A model generated the notes under the pieces. That model saw only the letters and a program-made list of their open reading frames with translations. It was not told the DNA's origin and made no database searches. Of a stretch of DNA of 64,000 bases, positions 10,440 to 20,964 are shown piece by piece. Both the position numbers and the translations under genes were made by a program. Source of the DNA: a bacterium (lineage in GTDB: Bacteria; Krumholzibacteriota; Krumholzibacteriia; G020349025); contig JANLSU010000017.1 of the NCBI GenBank assembly GCA_031362565.1, positions 1-64,000 of the forward strand, in the 5' to 3' direction. The stretch's first letter is position 1. Every line of letters begins with the position of its first letter.

Positions 10440-12320
10440 ATGTTCATGCGAATTCACCCGAGTCCTGCCTTCGCCCGCAACACCCGTTTTGGAATCGTGG
10501 TTTCAGTTGCCGCCCTGGCGCTTTTCGGCAGTTGTAACGAACCACAGGCGCCCAATCCCGCCGGCGACGGCGCGATTCACGGCAGCTACAGCCCGACGGG
10601 TTCCACACTCGAATTTCGCCTCGAGTCCCCGGCGGGCGGCGTGTCGCCGCTCCAGCTCTTGGCGTCGGATCTGACGTACGACGCGGCCACCCAGGAGTTG
10701 CACGCCCAGGTCGCGCTCCGCAACAGCGGCAGTGAGCCGCTTCCGGGTCCGGATGGCGTGCTCGTCGGCGGGTTCGACCCGGCGGCGGTGACGCCGCGAA
10801 ACGCTCAAGGGCTGGCTTGCCCGGCATGCCCGGACTGCCCTTGTCCGTGGCCCTGGAGATTCGAGCATCGAGGCACGTACGGCGACGGCATCCTGTCGCC
10901 CGGCGAAACCTCGACGCCTGTCGAGTGGATCATCTTCGATCCAGCCGGTGAGAGTTTCGCGTTCCGCGCCTTGCTCGTGGAAGCCGCCGCCGCACCGGGC
11001 GGCATCTCGGGCCACGTGTTCGCCGACGCGAATGCCAACGGCCACCGCGACTTGGGAGAAACCGGCATCGCGAATGCGTCGCTGACGCTCGTCCACGGCG
11101 ATGTCGCGACCGGAACTCAGACCGACGAAACCGGCGGTTACTCCTTCCAGGTGTCTGAACCGGGGCTCTACGAGGTCGTGCGCGCCGAGACGAACGCTTG
11201 CCAACCAACCTCGCCTCCGCGCCAGCAGATCATTATCCTGCGCCGTGCGGACGGCAGTCTGACCGGGTTCGACCACGCGGACTTCGGCTGCAGTAGCGAC
11301 TCACCGGGCGACAGCACGACTGTCACCGGCATCGTTTTCAACGACGAGAATCGCAACGGGGTGCACGAAGACAGCGAGACGGGAGTCGCCGGCGTGCTCA
11401 TCACCGCCAACATGCTGTTCTGTCCGTCCTTTGCGGCCATCGAAACGCACACCGATGAACACGGGCTCTACCGGATCCAGTTGGCATGCCGGCCGCCGTA
11501 CATGATTGCCCACGCGCCGGTTCCCGGCACTGTCGACACGAGTCCGAATCCGGTTTTCGTGCCGCTACGCCGCAACGGAACAGAGCCGACCCTGCCGCCG
11601 GAACCACCCGCGACCGTCTTGCACGTGAACTTTGGCGTCGCGCGCGCGGTTGTGGGCCAGGAGGTCTTCATCGACGGCTATGTGTTTCGTGATGTGAATC
11701 AGAATGGCGTGCGCGACGGTGGCGAACCCGGTGTCGCTGACGTGGGAATCAACGCCAGTGGCCTCCTCTGCTTGACCCCCATCGCGGTGATCACCCGCAC
11801 CGATGCAGACGGGCACTACCGTGTGAAGGGCGCCGACGTGCATTGCCCGCTACCCTGGCAGGTCGGGCACGAGCCCCGGCTGAGACTGTGCGACACGTCG
11901 CAAAACCCGATTGAACTCTACGCACCTGCACCGCCGGACGGCGTCTTCCACCAGGATTTTGGGGTTACGGCCTGCAACGACTCGGTGCCGCCCGCGGGGT
12001 TCACGATCGAGGGCTTCGTATTCTTCGACCTGAATCAGAACGGGGTGCACGACCGAGTCGAGGCGGGCGTGCCGAATGCGCTGCTCTACTTGGCTTCACC
12101 GTGCGACGTTCTGCTCCAAGCCCGCACCGATCCCAATGGCCATTACGTCTTTGGGCCCGAGATGACCGCCAACTGCCCATTCGATGGCGTGGTGCAGGGA
12201 GAACCCGTATTTCCGCACCACACGACACCCAATCCATTCCCGATCGATCCCCACACGGTGCCACCGGGCGGCGTCGTGGAGGCCGACTTCGGAGTGCTGC
12301 CGTTGCCGCCACCGCGGTAG
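10440..12320 (+). CDS. Lipoprotein with four SdrD B-like repeats
   Basis: Lipobox LFGSC and four G.VF.D.N.NG..D..E.G[VI] repeats, each ending in [DN]FG. Confidence 0.8.
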   Translation: MFMRIHPSPAFARNTRFGIVVSVAALALFGSCNEPQAPNPAGDGAIHGSYSPTGSTLEFRLESPAGGVSPLQLLASDLTYDAATQELHAQVALRNSGSEPLPGPDGVLVGGFDPAAVTPRNAQGLACPACPDCPCPWPWRFEHRGTYGDGILSPGETSTPVEWIIFDPAGESFAFRALLVEAAAAPGGISGHVFADANANGHRDLGETGIANASLTLVHGDVATGTQTDETGGYSFQVSEPGLYEVVRAETNACQPTSPPRQQIIILRRADGSLTGFDHADFGCSSDSPGDSTTVTGIVFNDENRNGVHEDSETGVAGVLITANMLFCPSFAAIETHTDEHGLYRIQLACRPPYMIAHAPVPGTVDTSPNPVFVPLRRNGTEPTLPPEPPATVLHVNFGVARAVVGQEVFIDGYVFRDVNQNGVRDGGEPGVADVGINASGLLCLTPIAVITRTDADGHYRVKGADVHCPLPWQVGHEPRLRLCDTSQNPIELYAPAPPDGVFHQDFGVTACNDSVPPAGFTIEGFVFFDLNQNGVHDRVEAGVPNALLYLASPCDVLLQARTDPNGHYVFGPEMTANCPFDGVVQGEPVFPHHTTPNPFPIDPHTVPPGGVVEADFGVLPLPPPR

Positions 12321-12335
12321 CTTGCGGCAGGGCGT

Positions 12336-13532
12336 CTATTCGAGTTGTGCCGCGACTTTGTCGACGATGAGCGAAGCGATACGGAGCGACGACGTCGCGG
12401 CCGGCGATGGTGCGTTGCAGACGTTCAGGACCCGTCGCGACTCGTGGATCAGAAAGTCGTGCACCAACTGGCCGTCGGGAGTGAGGGCTTGAGCGCGGAC
12501 ACCGGTGCGCGACGGTGCGAGATCCGCGGCGCCGACCGCGGGTACGAGGCGCTGCAAGCGGCGCACGAAGGCCGCCTTGTTGTGCGAGCGCCACACTTCG
12601 CCCAAACCCTTCCGCCAATGACGCGCCGCCAGGCGCTGGAATCCCGTGTAGGAGAGTGACTCACCGAGATCACGCCAATCGATGTCCCACTTCCGATAAC
12701 CTTCACGAGCCAGCGCTAGAACGGCGTTCGGACCGCACTCGACGCCGCCCTCGATGAGACGCGTGAAGTGCACGCCCAGGAACGGGAAGCTCGGGTCGGG
12801 CACGGGATAGATCAGGTTGTTGCAGAAGCGCCGCGCCGCGGGGGTGAGTTCGTAAAACTCACCGCGAAACGGCACGATGCGTGCCGCGAGCGGTTGGCCG
12901 CTCATTTTGGCGACGCGATCGGAATACAGCCCGGCGCAGTTCACGACCACGCCGGCGGTGTGTTCGCCGGACGATGACTGCACGACGACCCCGTCGGCGC
13001 GGGAAGCAAGGCCGGTGACCGTGCAACCAGTGACCACTTCCCCGCCGCCGGCATTCACGAGTTGGGCGAGGCGCTCGCAGACGGCGTGGAAATTGACGAT
13101 GCCGGCTTCCGGCACGTGAATCGCGCTCACCCCGGCGGCGTGCGGCTCGAGTTCGGCGAGACGTTCGGGGCCGATCCGCTCGCAACGCACGCCGTTCGCT
13201 TGGCCGCGCTCTAGGATACGCTCGAGCCGTGGAACCTCACCGGCATCCACCGCCACGATCACCTTGCCGCACACCTCGTGGGCAATCTCTTGGTCGCGAC
13301 AAAAACGCTCGAGCTCCAGCCTTCCTTCACGGCAAAAAGTGGCGCGCAGCGAGCCCGGTTCGTAGTAGATGCCCGAGTGCATCACGCCCGAGTTGCGGCC
13401 GGACTGGTGCTGTCCGACACCCGGTTCCTTCTCGAGCACGAGGACGCTCTTGGCCGGGAATCGTTGCCGGATTCGATACGCCGTCGCCAAGCCAACGATG
13501 CCGCCGCCAATGATGACAACATCGGCTCGCAC
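12336..13532 (-). CDS. lhgO: L-2-hydroxyglutarate oxidase (FAD-dependent)
   Basis: IIGGGIVG, QSGRNSGVMHSGIYY, PFRGE, IYPVPDP, GVRAQA and NAPSPAATSSL. Confidence 0.92.
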   Translation of the reverse strand: MRADVVIIGGGIVGLATAYRIRQRFPAKSVLVLEKEPGVGQHQSGRNSGVMHSGIYYEPGSLRATFCREGRLELERFCRDQEIAHEVCGKVIVAVDAGEVPRLERILERGQANGVRCERIGPERLAELEPHAAGVSAIHVPEAGIVNFHAVCERLAQLVNAGGGEVVTGCTVTGLASRADGVVVQSSSGEHTAGVVVNCAGLYSDRVAKMSGQPLAARIVPFRGEFYELTPAARRFCNNLIYPVPDPSFPFLGVHFTRLIEGGVECGPNAVLALAREGYRKWDIDWRDLGESLSYTGFQRLAARHWRKGLGEVWRSHNKAAFVRRLQRLVPAVGAADLAPSRTGVRAQALTPDGQLVHDFLIHESRRVLNVCNAPSPAATSSLRIASLIVDKVAAQLE

Positions 13533-13534
13533 GG

Positions 13535-13930
13535 TCAGTTGTCTTCGAGCGACAGGACCGCGACCTTGAGCGAGAGGCTCAATCTTCCCGAGGTTCCACG
13601 GTGAATTTCGATCACGTGCTGGCTGCCTTCGTCGAGCAGCGCCTGCCGCAAATCCGCCACCCGGGCATCCGTGGCGGGCTTGCCGTCCAACGCCTCGATG
13701 ACATCGCCCTTCAGAAGTCCTGCCACTTCCGCCGGCGAGCCTTTGCGCACGCCACTCACCGTGATGACGTGATAGTCACCCACCGCCTGTGCCCAGCGTT
13801 CAACGGCCGCCGAGAGAGCGGTGCGATCGGCGCCTGGCGCGGCGGCTGCCGGTGCAGGACTTTGAGCGCGAGCATTCAACGACCAGCACAACACAGCGGC
13901 AAGCACCACGGGCATCCACATTCGACGCAT
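13535..13930 (-). CDS. Small secreted PDZ-domain protein, possibly internally deleted
   Basis: GAAGGG RBS and signal peptide ending ARA. The PDZ motif V..GSPAE.AGL..GDVI..LDG follows a short helical stub directly. Confidence 0.6.
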   Translation of the reverse strand: MRRMWMPVVLAAVLCWSLNARAQSPAPAAAAPGADRTALSAAVERWAQAVGDYHVITVSGVRKGSPAEVAGLLKGDVIEALDGKPATDARVADLRQALLDEGSQHVIEIHRGTSGRLSLSLKVAVLSLEDN

Positions 13931-14121
13931 GGCACATTCCCTTCGATGAGTCCGCCCACAGCCTGCTCCCGCACCCGGGTCGTGATCAAGGGTGCTGTCA
14001 CGAAGTTGGGCGATGGAGAGCGCCGGATGAAGGGGCTTGCTGCGCCGGAAGGCCATCCTATGCGAGAATCGCGGCCGGATCGGTGCCGCGGGAACCAGCG
14101 TCGCATGCGAGGACCCAAAGC

Positions 14122-16005
14122 GTGAACGACGAGCGCCGTAGACCGCGCCTGGCGCCGCCGGTGGCCCAAGCGCCGGCATCTCCACGCCGGGCGCTGGTTT
14201 TGGCGATTCTTGCGGCCGCGATGGCGGCTCTCTTCGCATTGCTTCTTGCTTGGCGCCCGCTGACAAGTTTCGATCTTGGTTACCACGTGACCTATGGCGA
14301 CGTGTTTTGGAACACCGGTCACGTGGTTGGTGATGCGACTTTTCTCGCGCCGCCGCCGACGGCCGAGGAAGCCCACGCCGACCTGCCTCCCGAAGCGCGC
14401 TACAAAAACGGTCACTACACATTTCCGAATTCCAACTGGCTGAGCCAGGCGATCATGAGCGTTGCGTTTCGGGTCGCCGGACCAGGCGGACTTGGCCTCC
14501 TCACCCTGCTCGCGATCGCGGTGATTCTGGCGGCGCAGGCACAGGCGGTACGCACGGTGACCAATACATGGGTTTGGGCCGGCCCCGTGTGGCTCGCGAC
14601 CGCGATCACCGGCTACGAACGCTTCTATTTGCGCCCGGAACTGCTCGGGAACGCCTGCCTCGTGGGCCAGTTCGCTTTGCTCTTGCGGCCGCTGTCACGG
14701 CGTACCGCCATTGCGTTCCTCGCATTGCAACTCGTTGCGGTTAGCGCTCACAGCTATTGGCTCTTGGGCGCGGGATTGGCAGGCGCCACGGCAATGGAGG
14801 CCGGCATCGAAGCGCTCCGCCGCCGGCGCCCGGGCAACGCTGCGCCGGCCGGACGAAACACCGAGTTGCGGATGTTGCTCGCCTTGTGCCTCGCGGCGCT
14901 GGCGCTCGGGATCGCCCACCCTGCCGGGTTCCGGAATCTCGTACTGCCGCTCAAGACACTTTCCTACATGCACCTGCATCACATCGGCGGCTCGACCCCC
15001 GACGGAGTTCGCGCCCTGTGGCAGAAAGGCGAATTTCATCCGTGGCAGGATACCGGCGAACTTTTTCGCACCCTGTCGCCTGGCGCGATGGGAATGCGCT
15101 CGACGCGTGGTTTTATCGCGTTGCTCGCACTCGCGGCGCCGGCGGCTTTGATCTTGTTCCGGCGCGGCCGTTTCGGATTGGCCGTCATCGCGCTCGCACT
15201 GACGCTCGTGGCGCTGCCGGTACGGCGCAACGTCGCGACCGCGGCGTTCATCGTTTGGCCGCTCATTGCCATCGGGGCGCACTTGATCTGGCAACACGGG
15301 GCCGCGGCGCGTCGTAGCGCATTGCGCCTTGTGCCATCCATCGGTCTTGGGGCCGTGACACTGGCGGCGCTGTACTGGATCCCGGCCGTTGTCACGAGCC
15401 GCTTCTATCTCTCCGAAGGACGCGAGGCGCGCTTTGGTTCGGGCATCTCGCGCGCCGTGTTGCCGGTCGGTACGTGCGAGTGGCTGGACGCCAATCTCGA
15501 CCTTGCCCAGCCGGTCTTTACCAACTTCAATGCGTCCTCGGCCGTGCTCTTCCTGTCGCGCCAAGTGACCGCGGTGCCGATCTTGACGAATGCTTGGGCG
15601 TATCCGCCGTCGCGCAAAACGCGCCTCTTGAAGATGCAGAGCGGTGACGAGTGGATCGACCCATTCGCCCACGACGCTGGGTTGGACATTGCGGTGTTCT
15701 ATGCGTTGCCGTCGATCCGGCCGCTCTTGTCGCGCCTAGCGACCGCGCCCGATTGGGTGCCGGTGCATCTCGAGGGCGCCTACGTCGTCTTCGCGCGCCG
15801 CACGCCGGCCAACGCAAACTTGATCGCGGCCCATGCGCTGGTACCGGATCGCCTCGACCTCCCGGCTCTCATCACGAGGGCGCGGGCGCTCGATCCAAAG
15901 GGCGGCTGGGCACTTCGCAACATGGCCGGCGCACTGACGGCGCTCGGCTGGGACGCGCAGGCGCAGGCCGCCCTCGCGGCCTTAGCCGTCCCCGATTTCC
16001 GATAG
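14122..16005 (+). CDS. Multi-pass membrane protein, possible GT-C-like glycosyltransferase
   Basis: First TM followed by DLGYH..YG, a luminal loop, ERFYLRPEL, 10 or more TMs and a soluble C-terminal domain. The start (GTG 14122) is uncertain. Confidence 0.55.
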   Translation: MNDERRRPRLAPPVAQAPASPRRALVLAILAAAMAALFALLLAWRPLTSFDLGYHVTYGDVFWNTGHVVGDATFLAPPPTAEEAHADLPPEARYKNGHYTFPNSNWLSQAIMSVAFRVAGPGGLGLLTLLAIAVILAAQAQAVRTVTNTWVWAGPVWLATAITGYERFYLRPELLGNACLVGQFALLLRPLSRRTAIAFLALQLVAVSAHSYWLLGAGLAGATAMEAGIEALRRRRPGNAAPAGRNTELRMLLALCLAALALGIAHPAGFRNLVLPLKTLSYMHLHHIGGSTPDGVRALWQKGEFHPWQDTGELFRTLSPGAMGMRSTRGFIALLALAAPAALILFRRGRFGLAVIALALTLVALPVRRNVATAAFIVWPLIAIGAHLIWQHGAAARRSALRLVPSIGLGAVTLAALYWIPAVVTSRFYLSEGREARFGSGISRAVLPVGTCEWLDANLDLAQPVFTNFNASSAVLFLSRQVTAVPILTNAWAYPPSRKTRLLKMQSGDEWIDPFAHDAGLDIAVFYALPSIRPLLSRLATAPDWVPVHLEGAYVVFARRTPANANLIAAHALVPDRLDLPALITRARALDPKGGWALRNMAGALTALGWDAQAQAALAALAVPDFR

Positions 16006-16734
16006 GAAAGCCCGCGTCGCCGCGGTCTGGGGGCTCGCGAAGATTTGCGCCGGCGGACCCGATTCCACGATGCGCCCGGCTTCCATGACGTGCACCGTTG
16101 CCGCGACACGGCGCGCGAAGGGCATCGCGTGCGTCACCACGATCATGGTCTGACCTTGACGCGCCAGATCGGCGATCACTGCCAGCACTTCGGCGGCCAT
16201 ACGCGGGTCGAGGGCACTTGTCGGCTCATCGAAGAGAATGGCATCGGGCCGCACAGCGAGGGCACGGGCGATCGCGACGCGTTGTTGTTGCCCGCCCGAA
16301 AGTTGTTCCGGCCGCGCGGTGAGCTTGTCGCCGAGCCCGACGCGCTCCAGCAGTTCACGCGCCACCGCCTCGGACTCATCCCGGCCCTGGCCGAGCGCGC
16401 GCCGTGGGCCGAGCGCCACATTGTCGAGCACCGACAGGTGCGGAAAGAGATGAAACTGTTGGAACACCATGCCGACACGGCGGCGGAGCGCCAGCAGCGT
16501 CGGGCCATCCGCCCGCCGCACCGCATCCGGCTCGAGGACCATGTCGCCGACTTGCACACGGCCCGATTCAAACGCCTCGAGAGCGTTGATGCAACGCAGG
16601 AGAGTGCTCTTGCCGCCACCCGAAGGGCCGATTACGGCCGCCACTTCCCCGCGCGCCACCGCGAGCGACACGCCACGCAGCACGGTCTGGGTGCCATGGC
16701 TCTTGACGAGATCGTGGACGGCAATCATCGCCAC
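15982..16734 (-). CDS. Polar amino-acid ABC transporter ATP-binding subunit
   Basis: [28 protein letters not shown] and [10 protein letters not shown]. Confidence 0.93.
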   Translation of the reverse strand: MAMIAVHDLVKSHGTQTVLRGVSLAVARGEVAAVIGPSGGGKSTLLRCINALEAFESGRVQVGDMVLEPDAVRRADGPTLLALRRRVGMVFQQFHLFPHLSVLDNVALGPRRALGQGRDESEAVARELLERVGLGDKLTARPEQLSGGQQQRVAIARALAVRPDAILFDEPTSALDPRMAAEVLAVIADLARQGQTMIVVTHAMPFARRVAATVHVMEAGRIVESGPPAQIFASPQTAATRAFLSEIGDG

Positions 16735-16742
16735 CTCCCCGC

Positions 16743-18269
16743 TCAGGCGCGCACGAACGCCCGGCGGCGTTCGAGACGGCGCGCGACAATCGCCAACGGA
16801 TAGCTCATCATGAGGTACAGAAAAGACGTCACGAGTGCGAGTTCTGCAAAGGCGCGCGGCGCGTTGTTGACCAAGATGTTGTACTGCTTACTCAACTCCA
16901 CGACCGTGATGACCGAACAGATCGACGTGTCCTTGAAGAGATTGATGAAGTCGTTGGTGACCGGCGGCACGACTAAGCGCACCGCCTGCGGCACGACGAT
17001 GTATCGCAGTGACTGCCGCCGCGTGAGCCCGATCGCGAGCCCCGCCTCCATTTGCCCGCCGGGGATCGCGAGCAGGCCGGCGCGATAGATTTCCGCTTCA
17101 TAGGCCGAATAGTTGATGGCGAGCCCGGCGATCGCGGCAATGAAAGCGACTGTGCCGCGTAGCGCATCGGGCAGCCCGAGGAGCGGCAACACGCCGTAGT
17201 AGAGAAATAAGAGCTGCAGAAGCAGTGGCGTACCGCGCAGCAGTTCGACATAGGTCGCAAGTGCCGCACGGAGCGGCAACGGCCCATAGAGGCGTCCGAG
17301 TGCAATCAAGAGGCCGAGCAGAATCGCCATCGGCATGGCCGTCACGCTCAAGAGCACCGTCATCCCCGCGGCCCGAAGGAGCGTCGGTGCATTCCGCGCC
17401 ACAACGGCCCACGCGCCTTCGCGTGGCCCGCTGGACGCCAAGGTCTCACGTAAGTGCTGAACCTCGTCGGTGGCGAGCATTTCCTGCGCCGGACCCCACA
17501 GGCCATACCGCGCCAAGATGCGTTGCAACGCTCCGGAGTGCAAAGCGGTGCGAAGCGCTTCGTCCAGCGCGTCGCGCAGGCGTTCGTTGCCGGGCCGCAG
17601 ATACATCACGTAGAAGCCGCGTTCGCGCGGCGTGCCGACCTGCTGGACGCGGAACTGGGGTCCGTACACTTGGGCGGATGGCGTGTCGGTGAGCGTCGCA
17701 TCGAGCCTGCCGCTTTCGACGTCCCGGAACGGCTGCACGCTCCCATCGTAGCGCACGACCTCCACGTGATTCGGGAACGTCCGGGTCAAGTACGCATCGG
17801 CTTCCGTCGCCGTTAGAACTCCGATGCGCCACCGGCCGCCACCGGGCCGGGCCTGATCTAGATCCTCCCAGGCATGCAACCGCCCGCCTTGCGCGGCCGC
17901 AAGAAGATGCAGTTGGTAAACGAAATAAGGAATCGTCGCGATGGACGCCGTCAGGCGTTCGCGCGTCAGCTCGTAGCCGTTGACGACGAGATCCACGCCG
18001 CCGCTCGTCAACAGCTTGAGCAGGTCATCCCACTGGCACTGTTGGAACTCGGCCCGCCGGCCGATTTGCGCCGCCAGCGTGTCGACGAGTTCGACCTCGA
18101 AGCCGACAAGCCGGCTCGAGCCGTCGGCGGCACGGAAGATGTACGGCGCGCCACCCTCTTCGTCGCCGCCCCAGCGGAGTTGGGTGGCGTCGGCGCCGGC
18201 CGCGCGCGGCACGGCGAGCGCCAGACCCAGGAGCGCCGCCCACAGGACACCTCGTTGTCGCAAGCGCAC
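16743..18269 (-). CDS. Fused amino-acid ABC substrate-binding + permease protein
   Basis: N-terminal SBP_bac_3-like region (GAPY..GFEVEL) and C-terminal HisM-type permease (RGTPLLLQL, AYEAEIYRAG, KDTS). Confidence 0.88.
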   Translation of the reverse strand: MRLRQRGVLWAALLGLALAVPRAAGADATQLRWGGDEEGGAPYIFRAADGSSRLVGFEVELVDTLAAQIGRRAEFQQCQWDDLLKLLTSGGVDLVVNGYELTRERLTASIATIPYFVYQLHLLAAAQGGRLHAWEDLDQARPGGGRWRIGVLTATEADAYLTRTFPNHVEVVRYDGSVQPFRDVESGRLDATLTDTPSAQVYGPQFRVQQVGTPRERGFYVMYLRPGNERLRDALDEALRTALHSGALQRILARYGLWGPAQEMLATDEVQHLRETLASSGPREGAWAVVARNAPTLLRAAGMTVLLSVTAMPMAILLGLLIALGRLYGPLPLRAALATYVELLRGTPLLLQLLFLYYGVLPLLGLPDALRGTVAFIAAIAGLAINYSAYEAEIYRAGLLAIPGGQMEAGLAIGLTRRQSLRYIVVPQAVRLVVPPVTNDFINLFKDTSICSVITVVELSKQYNILVNNAPRAFAELALVTSFLYLMMSYPLAIVARRLERRRAFVRA

Positions 18270-18348
18270 TTCCCCGCCTCCTCCCGTAGTTTCGAACGCG
18301 CGGCGATTCTAGCCCATTGACCCCGGCGGGCCGTATCGTGCGGAGCCC

Positions 18349-18390
18349 TTGACTGGCCTAGCCCGTCGAATGTATATTCATTGTGTATCC
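18349..18390 (+). promoter_or_regulatory. Putative sigma70 promoter and operator of mazEF
   Basis: TTGACT (18349-18354), 18-bp spacer, TATATT (18373-18378), overlapping the imperfect palindrome GAATGTATATTC. Confidence 0.5.
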
Positions 18391-18407
18391 GGCCCCGGAG
18401 GTAGTCC

Positions 18408-18650
18408 ATGATCACAAAGCTTCAGAAGTGGGGCAACAGCCTCGGTCTCCGCATCCCGAAATCGTTCGCAGCCGAGACGCAGGTTGAAGCGGGATCGACC
18501 GTCGACATCTCTGTCCAAGACGGCGGCCTCGTGGTGCGGCCCATACGGCGCAAGAAATACACCTTGAGCGAGTTGCTCCGGCGGGTCAGCTCAAAAAATC
18601 TACACGACGAGATCGCTACGGGTGAGCCGGTTGGGCGGGAGGTCTGGTAG
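18408..18650 (+). CDS. mazE: AbrB/MazE antitoxin
   Basis: KWGNSLGLRIPK, YTLSELL and G.PVGREVW. The stop overlaps the toxin start. Confidence 0.92.
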   Translation: MITKLQKWGNSLGLRIPKSFAAETQVEAGSTVDISVQDGGLVVRPIRRKKYTLSELLRRVSSKNLHDEIATGEPVGREVW

Positions 18651-19006
18651 TGGCCCGAGGTTACGTGCCGGAGCGGGGTGAGATCGTCTGGCTCTTGTTC
18701 AATCCACAGGCGGGGCACGAGCAGTCCGGCCGTCGGCCGGCTCTGGTGATTTCGCCGCGGGCGTACAATCGCAAGGTCGGACTCGCCTTGTTTTGCCCTG
18801 TCACCTCTCATGTGAAGGGCTATCCATTTGAAGTCCTTCTCCCCCCGGGACTCGAAGCCCGGGGAGCGATTCTCTCGGACCAACTGAAGAGTCTCGATTG
18901 GCGGGCGCGAAAGGCCACACTCCTCTGCGTCGTACCGCCGGAAGTCCTCGAGGAGACGCTCGCTCGCATCCTCGCCCTGGTCGATCCAGAGCCACCCCAC
19001 AGCTGA
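18650..19006 (+). CDS. mazF: MazF endoribonuclease toxin
   Basis: YVPERGEIVW, PQAGHEQSGRRPALV, KGYPFEV and DQLKSLDWRAR. Confidence 0.93.
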   Translation: MARGYVPERGEIVWLLFNPQAGHEQSGRRPALVISPRAYNRKVGLALFCPVTSHVKGYPFEVLLPPGLEARGAILSDQLKSLDWRARKATLLCVVPPEVLEETLARILALVDPEPPHS

Positions 19007-19029
19007 GACACGGCGCGGCGCCGCAAGCC

Positions 19030-20775
19030 TTAGAACAATTGCCCCGTTTCGCCGAGCATCGCTTTGCGAATGAGCGGCAGCGGCAGCGGGCCAAGTGCGA
19101 TGAATGCGTCGTGGAATTTCTGCAAGGTGTACTCGGCGCCGAGCTTCGCCTTGTAGTCCTCGCGCAGCTTCAGAATCATCAGTTTGCCCATCGTGTAGTA
19201 GCCGTACGTCGGATCGCCCGTGCCGCGTTTGGCTTCGGACAGTGCCACCGGGCCTGGCTGATAGCCATCGGTCTCGAACAGGTGCTTGGCTTGTTCGACC
19301 GTCATACCCTGGGTGTGCATCTTGATGCCAACGATGAACCGCACGTCGCGCAGCAGTGCATCCTGGAGTTGCGCCAACCGGTACTTGGGATCCTCGGCAT
19401 GGAAGCCCTCGTCGAGCACCATCTGCTCGTCGTAGTGCGCCCAGCCCTCGATGTTCGTCGCCGCTCCGTAGACCTTGCGCACATCCGATGGAAAAGTCTT
19501 GGCGTACAGAAACTGCAGATAGTGGCCCGGGTACACCTCGTGCACCGAGACATTCGAAATGGCCGCGAAATACCACTGCTTCATGAACTCGGCTTTTTCG
19601 GCCGCATGCCACTTCGGGTCCGGCAGGGTCATGTTGTAGAAGGCTTCCGGCGCCGCGGCCTCGAACGGGCCCGGCGTATCCATGGACGCCGAGGTCGTGG
19701 CGCGCAAGAACGGCGGCGTCTCCTCGACGCGCGCCGGTGCCGACGCGGGAATCGTCACGATGTGCTTGTCGACCATGAATTGGCGCAGCGCATCCAGCAT
19801 GCCTTGGGTCGTTTCGAGCAACTTGTCGGCCGGCGGATGATCTACCTGCAAAGCGGCGAGCACCTCGGTCGCGGATTTCTTGGGATCGATTTGCCGGGCC
19901 GTGGCCACGAACGCGTCCTGATTCTTCTTCAGATCCGCTTCGGCAATGACCAGCAACTGGTCGAGCGGCACTTGCAACATCTCATCCGCCGCCAACTTCT
20001 TCAGGTAGGCGTCGGCGCCGATTGCAAAATCGCCATTGGAGCGCGGCAGAAGATCGGCGGAGAGCCACTTCTTGTAGTCACCGAGCGCCCCGATCACCGC
20101 CTGATTCGATTTCTTGAACGCCGCCAAGAGCGCCGTGTCCTGGACCGCCGTGAAGCCACCGGGCACCGCGGTCTTGAAAAAATCGATGTTGCCGCCGATT
20201 TGATCGATGGCGATTTGGGTGTAGATCGGCGGCGGGTTGTCGAGGTTCTTGCGGGCTTCGGCGAGCACGCCGGGCATCTTGGCCTCGCGGGCGATCAACG
20301 CTCGGAGGCGCTCCTCGGGCGGCGCAAAGCTGCGCTTGATCATGATGAAGGCGGTGCGCGTCAGGCTGCTGCTGTAGCGGTCCGGATCCCGCGCCCAGCT
20401 CCGAATCACTTCGTTCGCCAGCAACTGCGAATCGATGGCGAGCAGGAGTTGTTGGCGATCGAGCTGACGGTCGAAGGTCAACGTCGTCGAATCGACCGCC
20501 GCGACTTGGGCCCGGAAGCCGTGGAGGGCTTGCGCTTCGGCGGCGATGGCCGCTTGCGACGCGTCCTCCAGCTGGTCGTCGTACTTGTGAACCCCAAGAT
20601 AGGTCGCCGAGGTCGGGTTCCGCCGGTAACCGTCCTCGAGGATGTCGGCCGCGAGCTTTACGAAAGCGGCGTCGCCCCGGCCGGCCGCGGGCACAGGCGG
20701 CTTCGATTTGCCGCAAGCAGGAAGGACAAGGAGCAAGGCCAACGCGGCGACGAGGCAAGGAACCGAGCGCAACAT
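19030..20775 (-). CDS. DUF885-family lipoprotein (putative metallopeptidase)
   Basis: Lipobox LPAC, HEVYPGHYLQ, EGWAHYDE, YTMGK and FHDAF. Confidence 0.88.
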   Translation of the reverse strand: MLRSVPCLVAALALLLVLPACGKSKPPVPAAGRGDAAFVKLAADILEDGYRRNPTSATYLGVHKYDDQLEDASQAAIAAEAQALHGFRAQVAAVDSTTLTFDRQLDRQQLLLAIDSQLLANEVIRSWARDPDRYSSSLTRTAFIMIKRSFAPPEERLRALIAREAKMPGVLAEARKNLDNPPPIYTQIAIDQIGGNIDFFKTAVPGGFTAVQDTALLAAFKKSNQAVIGALGDYKKWLSADLLPRSNGDFAIGADAYLKKLAADEMLQVPLDQLLVIAEADLKKNQDAFVATARQIDPKKSATEVLAALQVDHPPADKLLETTQGMLDALRQFMVDKHIVTIPASAPARVEETPPFLRATTSASMDTPGPFEAAAPEAFYNMTLPDPKWHAAEKAEFMKQWYFAAISNVSVHEVYPGHYLQFLYAKTFPSDVRKVYGAATNIEGWAHYDEQMVLDEGFHAEDPKYRLAQLQDALLRDVRFIVGIKMHTQGMTVEQAKHLFETDGYQPGPVALSEAKRGTGDPTYGYYTMGKLMILKLREDYKAKLGAEYTLQKFHDAFIALGPLPLPLIRKAMLGETGQLF

Positions 20776-20964
20776 GACAAACGCCTTTCGTTCGCGCGCC
20801 CGCCTTGACGAGGGGGGTCGAGTCGCGTCGTCAAGCCGCAAGAATAGTCCAAGTCGCACCGGAAGCGCCAAACTTCTCGCGGACCAAGATTCCGTAGGGG
20901 CATGGAAGATGCTCGCCGCAACTCGAGTCGCCGAAGAGTTCACTCGAGACGGGGAGGATGGGTC

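Noticed and set aside
18408..19006. mazEF as marker of a mobile or defence island
   Set aside because: The flanking genes are ordinary, with no integrase, att repeats or other defence genes.
18898..20808. Long antisense ORFs (also 23090-24835, 41799-43343, 53529-55310, 61308-62432)
   Set aside because: They are shadows of well-supported genes on the opposite strand, expected at high GC, and carry no motifs.
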